Positions 1 to 11,800 of a DNA stretch of 64,000 nt are shown here, piece after piece. The first letter of the stretch is position 1. Every line of letters begins with the position of its first letter. The notes under the pieces were generated by a model. That model worked only from the letters and a program-made list of their open reading frames with translations. It was not told where the DNA came from and made no database searches. The position numbers and the translations under genes are program-made. Origin of the DNA: Antedon mediterranea (Eukaryota > Animalia > Echinodermata); NCBI RefSeq assembly GCF_964355755.1, contig NC_092672.1, forward strand, positions 33,300,437 through 33,364,436, read 5' to 3'.

Positions 1-1321
1 ATTTTTCAGAGTATATTCCTTATAGCCAGGAATCGATGTGGTTATGTTTTCAGGGTGCGCAATCAAACATTACGCGGTCTACGCGCGATTTAACGAAATC
101 ACGTTTGTAATAATATCTTCACAAGCATGAATCACTTTTAAACAAAATTTGGTATTCATAAATTTCAGGTCATATTTCATCATATGGCAATACAATTACG
201 TGCGTAGCGCATATAACGCATGCGTACGCGCGCTTAAAATATTGAAAATTGTCAGAATTTATTTTCGATGAAATTAGAGTAAGTTTCAGGCAATTTTAAG
301 CGTTTAAAAAATTGCCATGAGTGCGCAGATTTTTGCCCGCGCAGTGCGCGTCAAACGTTAATGCGCACTGTTTTTGTCCGATTACTGTTGTATAACCTTT
401 CTTTAATAATATCATCATATTTTATTCACTTTTCAACGCGAAACAGCGTTATACGAGCACGTCAAACGTGACAGGCTACGCACGTGTAAGTTAACAAAAT
501 GGTGAAAATATGCTAAATTTAAAAATTAATGTACAGTATATCGTTAGAATGCTCGGGAACACCTATTTTTTATTTAATTTTCTTGAAGTGTATGTATCAT
601 AATGTATGATTTATTATGAAATTAGAAGAACAAAAGTTGATTAAGTCATCATTAATGGCATATTAAATTTAACAAAATTAATTTCGACAATCAAACAAAT
701 TATAACATTTTCTTAGGTCAAAATAACAAACTTAACATTAACTTTCTTCCTTAAGAAGTTCATATATTAAAGTTAAAAGTATATAGTTTGACAGTGCATC
801 ATTTTTAAAAATTTTTAAAGATGTCATCATAGTAAAACATTATAATTCATTGCGGTATGTAATAATCTATCTGCACCAAAGTGGTTACTGCATAGTAAAT
901 ACACGGAGGAATCTTTCTATAACTTTTAGTCAGTTGTGTATGGCTCGGTGGTCTTTGCTCGTGTCTATAGCATTCAAGTACCGAGTTCGAGTCTCACATT
1001 GGGAAACCAAACGAAATAAGATTTTTTTTATTATCCGTATTGGTTGTTCAATTGTATTTCTTAGTGTATAGATTATACACATGATTTATAATGAAATCTA
1101 AATAAAAACACAAATGTGGTTTATGACATTATATACGCAGAAAGATCTTTGATCGGATTATGATACCGGCTATTGTATTTGCGTTAGCAAGATCCTATCA
1201 TATATTATAAATAACTAACAATTCTGAGAAAATCAATCAATATATCTTAAATCAATCAATTATCTTTATTTAAATCAATGCATATAACCTATAATTCGTC
1301 ATAGTGACGAATTAAATCTAG
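1..1321 (+). mobile_element. Non-autonomous Helitron-like element, 3' portion (copy 1; 5' end outside window)
   Basis: About 165-1321 is near-identical to about 17617-18786. It ends in the hairpin TAATTCGTCA-TAG-TGACGAATTA (1292-1314), then CTAG (1318-1321) followed by T, the canonical Helitron 3' end. Confidence 0.75.
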
Positions 1322-2198
1322 TTATACATTTATTTAGTATTAATTTTAATAACTTAAACCAATTTTCTATTTGGCGAATTGACTAATGAGCATGCATATT
1401 AATATTTTCATCTACTTTTTGTGATGTAGGCCTAAACACAGTCAATCAGAACTAAAAAAATGTTTGATTCGACATTAGGAACTATTATTCATAAAAGGTG
1501 AGAGATATGAACAATAATTCCCCTTTAGTATAACTATTGTGTGTCATAATTAACAGAACTTACTAGGCAATGGGATGGAATTTTTGGCTGTCAGATTTAG
1601 GCCCTATACTCCTTTAGCCTTTACTTTTCCCAAGGTTACCACAGAGAAGTGGTGATTTTCTGTCAAGGTTAACTCTTCTACCAGGAAACGAAAAGGTACT
1701 GGGGTCGGGACTCATCTTAATCCTCTACTCTACTACAGTTCCAATAGATCAATAATTAACATACTACTCGTGCTAATGTCTTTAAATTTAAATTGTAAAA
1801 CTCTACTAGAACCTGTTGTTCCATTGCACCATGGACCGGCGGTATATTCATTGTACAAGTAGCAGAGGATAGTAGTATATTAATAATAATAAAATGGCTC
1901 TACATAACATAAAGTATGCCTACTATTTATTTTTTATTTATTATTTTTTATTTATTCAACTTCTCACTAACACTGTTAGTGAAGGATCGGAACCGACAGG
2001 TAGTAAACACCTCTAAAACGGTCCAGTCCCAATTGCACAGTTTGTGTGTGTGACAGTGGCTGTGTTTGTGTGGACTAGTACACCGGGGTAGCCCCCTACT
2101 CGTCTCGAAAGATGTACTAGGTTCTTTAAAGTGCACATGAGCTATGTGTACACTGGACCTACGGTTTATAGTCCTTATCCGAGAAGACTCGTTCTACC

Positions 2199-3904
2199 CG
2201 TATCCGGATATTCACCCCCTGGACATTTACCCCCCGGACAACTACCCCACGGACAACCACCACCTGGACCACTACCCTCTTAGGACAACTACCCCCGGAC
2301 AAATACCCCCCGGACAACTACCCCCTTAGGACAACAACCCCCTTAGGACAACTACCCCCTGGACAACTACCCCCGGACAATTACCCCTAGGAACAATTAC
2401 CCCCCGGACAATTACCCCCCGGATAATTACCACCCAGAAAACTATCCCTTTAGAACACCCTAACCACCCAGACCATTCAACAACCTGACTCTGCAACAGT
2501 GTATAATAGGAATTAATAACTATATTTTAATTCGTTACTTTGACGAATTACTATTCATTATTGTAAACAAAAGTAAAAGATTGAACATAAATATAGCCTG
2601 GTATAAACTGAAGATTGTCACACATGATCATAGGATAGTCGAACGTATTATATAGTACTCCCTGTATTTACTGTAAAGACTGGGTTCGCTAATAATAATA
2701 ATAATTTTTGCGTCAGGACAATGCTTCGATAACCACTGGTCTTAAAAGAATTAATTTTTGTCTCAAATTTGTCATATATGTATTTTTGTACACTTAACTT
2801 GAAGAATAATATCACTTTTGATATTTGACCTCAATGTTCACTCACCGAATAAACGTCGATCTTTAAATAAATTCCCCTCAAATAAACGGTGACCATGTCA
2901 CTCCCATGAAACATCATATGGAATAATCGGCGTCTATTTCCATTAGATTATACCCCCCCCCCTCCCATTGAATAAACAACTTTCTTCCAATAAATGTCCA
3001 CCTAAAAACCACCTAAACAATAAACAGCCCAGGCCGTTTTTTCAATAAATACGGTACTTTATATCTAGCACATCTAGGGTCTAGCGTGCTGTTAAACAGA
3101 ATAATCGGTTAAAAACGGGTGTTTCGAAACTAGAGACCCGAGACCAGAGACCAGAGACCCGAGACCCAATACGAAAAGGGAGACCTAAATATACGAAAAG
3201 GGAGACCCACGTACAAAAAGGGAGACCCCACTATACGAAAAGGGAGACCCCACTATACGAAAAGGGAGACCCTAATATACGAAAAGGGAGACCTAAATAT
3301 ACGAAAAGGGAGACCCAATTATACGAAAGGGAGACCCAAATATACAAAATGGGAGACCTAAATATACGAAAAGGGAGACCCACTATAAGAAAAGGGAGAC
3401 CCCACTATAAGGAAAGGGAGACCCCACTATACGAAAAGAGAGACCACACTATACGAAAAGGGAGACCCTAATATAAGAAAAGGGAGACCCAAATATAGGT
3501 CTCCCTTTTTGTATTGGGTCTCGTGTCAGGTCTCTGGTCTCGGGTCTCTAGTTTCGAAACACCCGTTAAAAACAGATGATTTCATTTTTACAGAAACCGG
3601 TCCTATATATTTGTCTACTTTTGGATGGGGGGGGGGGGGGTAGTTGACCGGGGGTAGTTGACCGGGGGATAGTTGACCGGGGGGTAGTTACCCGGGGGTA
3701 GTTGTCCTAAGTGGGTGGTTGTCCGGGGGGTAGTTGTCCGGGGGGTAGTTGTCCGGGGGGTTGTTATCCTAAGGGGGTAGTTGTCCTAAGGGGGTAGTTG
3801 TCCTAAGGGGGTAGTTGTCCGGGGGGTAGTTGTCCTAAGGGGGTAGTTGTCCGGGTGGTAAACATCCGGGGAATAACTGTCTAGGGGCTAGGTGTCCTAG
3901 AACC
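2199..3904. mobile_element. MULE/foldback-type non-autonomous DNA transposon with tandem-repeat terminal arms
   Basis: Inverted arms are built from 15-16-bp GGACAACTACCCCC units (about 2205-2455 and 3630-3900). A 10-bp target duplication TCGTTCTACC flanks it (2189-2198 and 3905-3914). Confidence 0.75.
3117..3564. mobile_element. MULE-type MITE nested inside the 2199-3904 element
   Basis: TIR GGGTGTTTCGAAACTAGAGACCCGAGACCAGAGA at both ends. 9-bp TSD GTTAAAAAC (3108-3116 and 3565-3573). Internal 22-23-bp tandem repeat TATACGAAAAGGGAGACCC. Confidence 0.85.
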
Positions 3905-4307
3905 TCGTTCTACCACCAGAACCATGAAGCGAGTGAGCCTCGAACCCTTGCCGATGTTATGGCTACGTAATTACGGTTCCACTGTCTTAACCGCTCGGCC
4001 ACTCACTCACTTACTCACTCACTATAAAATTGAAAAGATTTAAATCGCATAAACAGTGATGCTAATATCTTTCAATTTAAATAAACATTTTACAGAAGCA
4101 TAATACGACAATATAAATCCTACTTCCTGTGTTTATTTTCTTCATTTGAGACCAAACACGATGACATTTAAGGTCACTGTTCCTTGACACCCCACACCAT
4201 TCTATGATTCTATGAAACATCTTCAGTATCTCTGAAGGAAATTATTTAAAAACATACCATCATTATTTTGGTTGACACGATTGATTCAAACAATATGAAT
4301 AAATAAT

Positions 4308-5848
4308 ATGATATTATTATATGTTTTTTTGTTCATTTTTCGTTTACTTCATAAAGGATATGGCATCACCTGTGAGTCTGGGTGGACTGCGTATGACGTC
4401 AGTTGCTACAAATTCTTTTCAAATAACGAAACTTGGGAAAACGCGCGAACAAACTGTATGAACCTTGGGGCTGATTTGGTTGTTGTAAAGAACGTCGAGG
4501 AAAGCAACTTTCTTTATAGCAGTCTCATCAGTGCTGATGTATGGCTAGGGTTAAGCGATATAGAAGTAGAAAATGTTTGGGTCTGGATTGAATCCGGTGA
4601 ATGCACTAATTATACAAGTAAGTAATACTAAGTACAGTAGTAGGCCTAGTTGTCAGAATTGAAGATAATATCGGTCTTACTTTCTCAAAGTCACCAGATG
4701 AACGAGCGAGCGGTATTAGAAACAATAACACCATGCAGCCTATATCTTCTGACACAGCCTCCTCAAACGTATATAGAATACCTTTTCTGACACTCTACAG
4801 TAGCCTCTATTTTAAAGCGTTATGTCATGTCAACGCTTTTCTTCCGGAAGCTGTTTGCTTAGTTTACCCCAGCGTAATTTGAGTCTTTCATTGTGAGAGG
4901 TAGGCCTATACGGTTAGGGATTAACTTAATTGAAATTGAAAAATAGCCTATTTAATATCTGATTTTATAAATCTTCATTTTTCATGTTTTGACATCTTTA
5001 ATAATAACGAGTTAGGTCCTATTAGTGACTTTTTTTTACATTTGCGCAAGACATGATACCGTACGAGAATCGGCTGTGAACATTGAAATGTTTAAAACTT
5101 AGATGCCCGGGCTTTAAATGCTTAACATTATACGAGTTAGAATAACTATAGCGAGGCATTTAATGAATAGGCAAACTGCATTAAAATGTGACATGTTTCG
5201 AGAAACTATTCTCATCATCAGAAGAACAGAAAACAACGCCTAGAGTACGGTACTTCAATAGAACAAACATTTTAATTGTACCAAATTTTAGGCTACTTAT
5301 TCGCTCTACCAAGAAGAATATTCTGGTGTGTTAATGTCGTTTAGGGTGGCTTTTTTCACTCTCACTGGTTTCCTAATCTTCATCATTATTAATTTTCAGT
5401 GTACCACTGGCTGGTTTGAGTTCTCTGATGACCTCCGAGCGAGCGTCTTAGCCATTTTACCCCAAGTTCGTTATAAACATTGTATCACACAATAATATAT
5501 CAGATAAATCTGGTAGTACGGCTAGGAATTGTATATTTAAATTTTATATTATTTGATTCATACTAAAATCAATATTGCCATTACGACATTGGCACTGCAT
5601 ATGCCTAATAAGATACATAATCAAGACAACTATTTTATGGAGCATATAGTTTGCATGCAACATACAGTACTGGTCCGCTGATTTCGGTTGTATTTAAAAT
5701 ATTGTTCTGTTCTTCTATAATTCAGATTTTAACTCTGGTGAACCTAACAATTCTGGAGATGAAGACTGTGTTGAGCTTGATTACAGCAATTCAGACCGTT
5801 GGAATGACTTAAAATGTAGTATAGCACTTGGTTATGTTTGCGAAATGT
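4308..5848 (+). CDS. C-type lectin domain 1 (EPN/WND), two exons
   Basis: Exon to 4617 encodes CESGW...SCYKF...WLGLSD. Exon 5726-5848 encodes NSGEPNNSGDEDCVE...RWNDLKC...YVCEM. Confidence 0.9.
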
Positions 5849-8800
5849 GTAAGTAATAAAGAATATTTAAATGCAGTTAATAAAACACTACCTGAACTGG
5901 TGGAAGTTTGGTTTGAGCTTAGAAGTGCACATTTTATATTGTAGGTTAAATAGTGTAAGATAGCCCGTAAATAGGGAGGTTTCGCAACCTTACGAATACG
6001 ATAACGACAACGGATACGTCACACATTTGTGAAACCTTTGAGCTGATCTCCATTTCATAGTCGTAAAGCGTATTCGTGTTGACGAATATCACCAGTCATA
6101 TTCGTAACTCGGGTCGTAACTACAGAAAACGAGTATAGTTTTTGATCTATTTTGCATATTTTGCATTTGAATCAGAAATGATTCATGATTATAATATAAT
6201 TATAGATTAACTAAAGTAATTTACTAAAATGCCAGGTCAATTTTGATAAATAGCAGTTTTTAAAGTCCTCACTCGCTTTGATGTTACGCTAGGCCTATGC
6301 AGCCAAGCACCAAGCAACACGTACGTATCTGCGCTTCGCTCAAATTCACCGCAGTCATATTTTGGACAGCGCCCTCAATATTTCGTTGCCATGCGAAACA
6401 GATTTTTTTTTTCACGTGTGCGTGACGTATACGTTTTCGTTATCGTATTCGTAAGATTGCGAAACCTCTCTAATTGCACCCTTAACACGAACCCATCCGA
6501 AGTACCGAATCTATTTTCAAAAGATTCAAAATGAGGCTCTACCGGCCAACGTAAATTATTTGCTTTATTTTTTTTAAATTAAAAAAAAAAAACATATTTC
6601 TACTGGATAACAATATCAACGTTGTCCAACAAAGGGGACATTGTTGTTTTTCAAAAGGTCCAGCATAAAACATTACAACATACATATATAGGCCTAATAC
6701 ATAGTTTCTTAAAAATGTTGACAGTGTTGATTCAATGGGTTATCTATATATAAATTTACGTAAGGGCAAAATTCGGTAAATCGCGCCTTACTTCTAGAAT
6801 GTTTACTCGATGGTATATAAAGTTGGTTCGTACTTTCGATACTGATTTTAACCACCTGATGTAACCCTGTTTACTAATTAAATGGAGTTCGATAATTAGT
6901 TATTGACGATTAAAACGAATTTAGGTTCAACGATTTGCCCCAAATAGGGGTGTTTTCCGATCGTGGTATACACTGTCCAATGCATGTCTATCTTGAAAAA
7001 TACCCGCATACAATAATACGAGGATGCTTCGCATTTTCCTATCTCCTCCTACGATAATTGTTTTTAATGGATGAAAACCGGTTGAACAGCTCGAGTACAG
7101 CATCATAATGTTGAAGACAGACCTATTTTCTTAAAAACATACTATTTTGATAGATTTAATATACATTTATACAAATGTATTGATTTCCGATGAATGGAAC
7201 ATTCCAATAATAACTCTTTGCTTTAACACAAGTACCACCAGCTGTAGGTAAATTTATTGGCCCTTGGGGAATTAACCTAAAACGTATATATAGATATAGT
7301 ATTGCAATAAATACGTATTAACATTTGTGGTCGCCATTGAATTTACTGTGAGTGTGGGTACTGTTAGATGTATAACACAATCATGTACAAATAAACGTAT
7401 TACTGTGAGTAGGCCCTACTGTTATACAAAACGTACAATATACAAATAAACTGTACTACTGACAGTTGCTTCTCAATGTTTGTATTAATTAATAATTACA
7501 AAGAATATAAACGTTGTAGTGGTACGTGTATCGTTACATGTACATGCTATTTCAATGGACTATAACAGTGACAGTTTTAACAAAGTATTAAATCGCAAAT
7601 GTGTTACTGTATCAAGTGGTATATTATTTATAGGCCTATCAAACATGAAAAACATATTTCGTTACTGAGTAGATAAAGAATATATTAAAACATTGTTCTT
7701 CTTTGTACCCATATCCTCTTCCCCATCCGTCAACCCTAATGTTACACACAAAACACAAATTGGGTTTGTTTAAATGAGTCCAAATAACAAATTTTGACTC
7801 ATTTTGTGACAAGTTTCTCTTTCGGAAGTAATTCCCAGTGTGCTAATTTCAGTTTAATACATAAATCATCGTGTCTATTTATTCGTTTCTGTAAACAATA
7901 ATAACTATTATCATCCTGCAGTACGTACATTAAAAAAAAACATTTTTTTACGCTGAAATTACTGTGTATTCGAGAACCATCTGTGGGCACGACCTAGATG
8001 GTACGCGAGCGAAGCGAGCGTACCATCTAGTTATAATAATTAAACAGTCTAAAATAATACTAAAATGTGAGAACCATCTATATATAAATTATGGTTAATT
8101 CTGATATAGGCGAGCACAATGCAAAAACTTAGGTACAAATCTCCGCCTTGGATACCTACCTTATCTCCCGGGGGGGGGGGGGTCACTGACATTTTGACAC
8201 GGGTGGGCTCCAACCAACTCTCCATAATTTCCCACACTTGTGCTACCAGGCCCTCGAAAATATACCCGTAAATGCGGCACCTCCCCGTATGGAAATATTT
8301 AAGAGTGATCCCCCCCGGGCCTTATCTATCTCAGATGTACCGCGAAACGTAGATTTGATAAATAACATAGTTTTCACATCGACGCTATTTTTCCATATTT
8401 CTATCTTAGGAAGATATTATAATGAGTTTTTTAACAAAATTTATGATTTCAACAGTAGATTTTCAACTCAATTTCAATTCTCCCGGGTCAAAGTAATTTC
8501 CGGGTTTAAGATAAGTTCACCTTGCAACAACCTAGTTTCAAATATTTTCTCTCTTTTATACACAAGGGAGCAGTTAAAATAATAGATTTGACCCTAAAGG
8601 TGACTGGAAACAGGCACTTTCCATCAATCAATACAGTGTCCCTTTGGAAGACGAAAAAAAAATCAGATAATAGGCCAGGTACGAGAAAAAAATTTCTATT
8701 GATCATACATTCCAATAATTATCGATCTATAGTTTCCCCTATGTTTCATAATTTTTGGGATTTTATTTGTGTTACACAAGCTTGTTGAAAATAAGCACTT

Positions 8801-11800
8801 TCTTATCAGTGGGGGGATAGTTCAAATTACACAGTAAAATCTCTATTCTTTTGTACACAAATTGTGTAAATAGAGAGGCATTTTAAAAAGCTATGAAAAA
8901 TAAACGGTGTGGTAAAAAATGTTATCAGATGACTAAATATAGGTAATATAACTTGAATATTACATTTCTGATATTTTTATTCAACTTCAGCTTTTTATTT
9001 TCATGCTATAGCAAAAATTATTCACTGTATATCCACCATCTTTTTTCACCGTCTAGGGAGTCACCAGACATGTTATTACATTAGGTTAACTACCTAACTA
9101 CTGAAAAAAAGTCTTTCTGTTTTTTATGGAAGAATTTTGCCAAATTTTGTATTTGACCATATTAAGGGAAATTCATGTTTTTTCGTCTCGATTTCTGTTA
9201 CAAATATTTGATTTATGTACAATTAACCAGATATTATATTTAAAATTCATGCCTGTACCTGAGCCATTAGTCATAGCCATTTCAGTTTTTTTTTGTTTAT
9301 TTTAAAACATACCGCGCGTGTGTGAAGGTACAGTAGTTAAATAATATAAATTATACTGCAAATTAAAAAAGATCAAATTAAATATACGCCATAAAGAATC
9401 AGAATATATTGTGGGAAATAGTATTATAAAATTACATAGATTTGATGATAAGACATTTTTCGAGTGAAATCAAATCCCGATAGCTGAGTTTTATTGAGTA
9501 AGCTTGCAGGAATAACTGTAGGCTATCTTCCTGTGTCCCGTTATGACCGAGATGTCTGCCCATGTTGCAAGCCGTAATGTCTTCTTTCTTGGGCCCACTC
9601 TGTCACGGCAGTTAGTTTCAAAAGATGATTAAATTAAATAATGTATTAATAATTATTAGGATGGTATTCATTTGAATAAATGCATCTCCAATAAAACATC
9701 ACTTTGAATAATACCCCCCCCACCCCCCAACCCAACTATCTAATAAACGTCCATCCACATATTTATAATAACACAATTATACTATTTGTAGTAGAATTCA
9801 TCGCACTGTTATCTACAATTTACCAAGCATTTGTTATTCTTTTTGACCACTTTTCATATCTATTAGAGGATCATTTGATTATAAATGTTACCATATTATT
9901 AAAACTAACAAATTTAACATATATCCCTCGAATAAGCACCTCCCTCAAATGACCTCCGCCTCCCCAAAGGGCCCTACCAAACAATAAAAACTATACTTTA
10001 AAATGTTATTAATCATCTAAAACACTGTGAAACAAAGTAGTTTAGTTTTACGAATGTCAAGCATTTTCAATAATGGTAACCGACAGAAAACGTATAAGGA
10101 GAACATTATCATTCCGAGAACCATCGTCTACACTTCCTAGGGGGGGAGCGAGCGAAGAATATGTATGGACATTTATTATTTTAAGAAACAATTATTTTTT
10201 CAACATTTCAGTTGATGACAATGAAATACCTACAACATCAACATGCCCTAGTGATGTAGAGACTGTTGTACCCCTGGGGGACACATCAGCAACAGTCACG
10301 TGGACGCCACCTACGTTTACAGACAATGAATGTGTTGTAAGTGAAGATGAATCACATTCGCCTGGCCATTCTATCACAATACCTGAAGGAGAATACAGCG
10401 CGTACATCAACGTCACGTATGTAGCTTATGATAGAGCTGGTAATCCGTCTGAAACGTGTGCCTTCACAGCAACTGTATCTTGTACGTATATTTTTTATTG
10501 TACTTAAACATAGGAAAAACGCCGAATGCCCATTAAGCGTGGTTCCAACAAGAGATGTATACGTAACGCAAGCGAGTTGACCAGTATGGCAAGCGACAAT
10601 CCTAATAATCCATCGCTTGTGATTGGTCAAATAGCTTACGTTACGCTTACGTCCTTGCGTTGCGTCATATTGGGAACCAAGCTTTAGGCAACGATAGTGT
10701 ATGTGAAGGTTAAACGTGTTTACTATTAAATATTTTGTTACTCTTTTAAATGTGTTGTTTTCTTTTATAAACTTACGTAATTTTTGTTTTATTAGGACAG
10801 GAAAAATTTTAGTTCCAGTGATTTATCGTTATATTGGAGAAAACGTGTATTTACATTCTTTAAAAGCTGAATCGTTTAAATATTTCTGTCAGTTGTTCCA
10901 AATTCTTCAATGACGCGTATTACAATATAAAATGACATAACCCAAGGCAATTTAACAACATAACACTGGGATTGTCTTGCCAACTCTTCGTCCTTTGATC
11001 TTATGTCTGGCTGCGACAACCAACAACCAACAGTACTGTTCTATGTTTGCTCGTCATCCCGCTGCTAGATTACCTCGCATAAGCAATCTACAGAATTATG
11101 ACATTACATAACTCTAGTGTTATATGACGTCGTATTTAGTATTGATTATTTCTACTATCAAACGATTAGTAAAATTAATCCATATAGCTTTTAAAAATTT
11201 GAATCAACAGATTGTCCAATAGGATGGGAGCTGAACACAGACTTTGAAAGTTGTTACTGCGTGTACACCACTACGGGCAGTTATGCAGATGCACAAACGT
11301 ATTGTCAAGGTGAAGATGGAGGAGATTTGGCGGTTATTTCAAGTGAAGATGAAAACATGTGGTTACAAAGCAAGCTTGACGCAGACGATCCAGGATGGAC
11401 AGTCGTTTGGATAGGCTATAATGATATCTCTACCGAAGGCCAGTTTGAATGGGCAGAACAAACGGCACGTGAGGGGTCAGTGTATGAAAGTAAGCAAACC
11501 ATTATTATGAATAGGGTACCATAAAGAAGTACAATCCATTTTGCTTAAAATAGTCCTGAAGTAGATTTATTATATGCGCCCTCCTTTTCCAAATTTGATT
11601 ATTAACACTTCAAGACGCGCTTCTTATGGCATACTGCTTTTAGTAGGGTGCCTTAAGGGTAAAAAAGCCAGACTCATTACACGGATGACAAGTTTTCAAA
11701 TTTTACATGTATGTTTACTAGAAAATGTATTTACCTAAAAAACTGTAATTTAAAGCAAAAAATTGTCAAATTGGATTGATAGCTAAACCATGGACCTAAT

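Larger units (their letters stand above)
1925..4010 (-). mobile_element. tRNA-derived SINE with Deu/Nin-type central domain, split by a nested MITE insertion
   Basis: The minus-strand head has an A box (TGGCCGAGCGG) and B box (GGTTCGAGGC) at about 4005-3938. The body TCGGATAAGGACTATAAACCGTAGGTCC...TAAAGAACC...GAGTAGGGG (2182-2092) resembles the Deu/Nin domain. A (TAAA)n-like tail lies at about 1925-1956. The two halves rejoin across the duplicated TCGTTCTACC. Confidence 0.75.

Noticed and set aside
850-2329. Small ORFs at 850-1071, 1948-2136 and 2144-2329
   Set aside because: They lie within Helitron, SINE or MITE sequence and show no protein motifs.
3165-3500. CRISPR-like short repeats
   Set aside because: Head-to-tail 22-23-bp units with no unique spacers, inside a MITE in eukaryotic DNA, with no cas genes.
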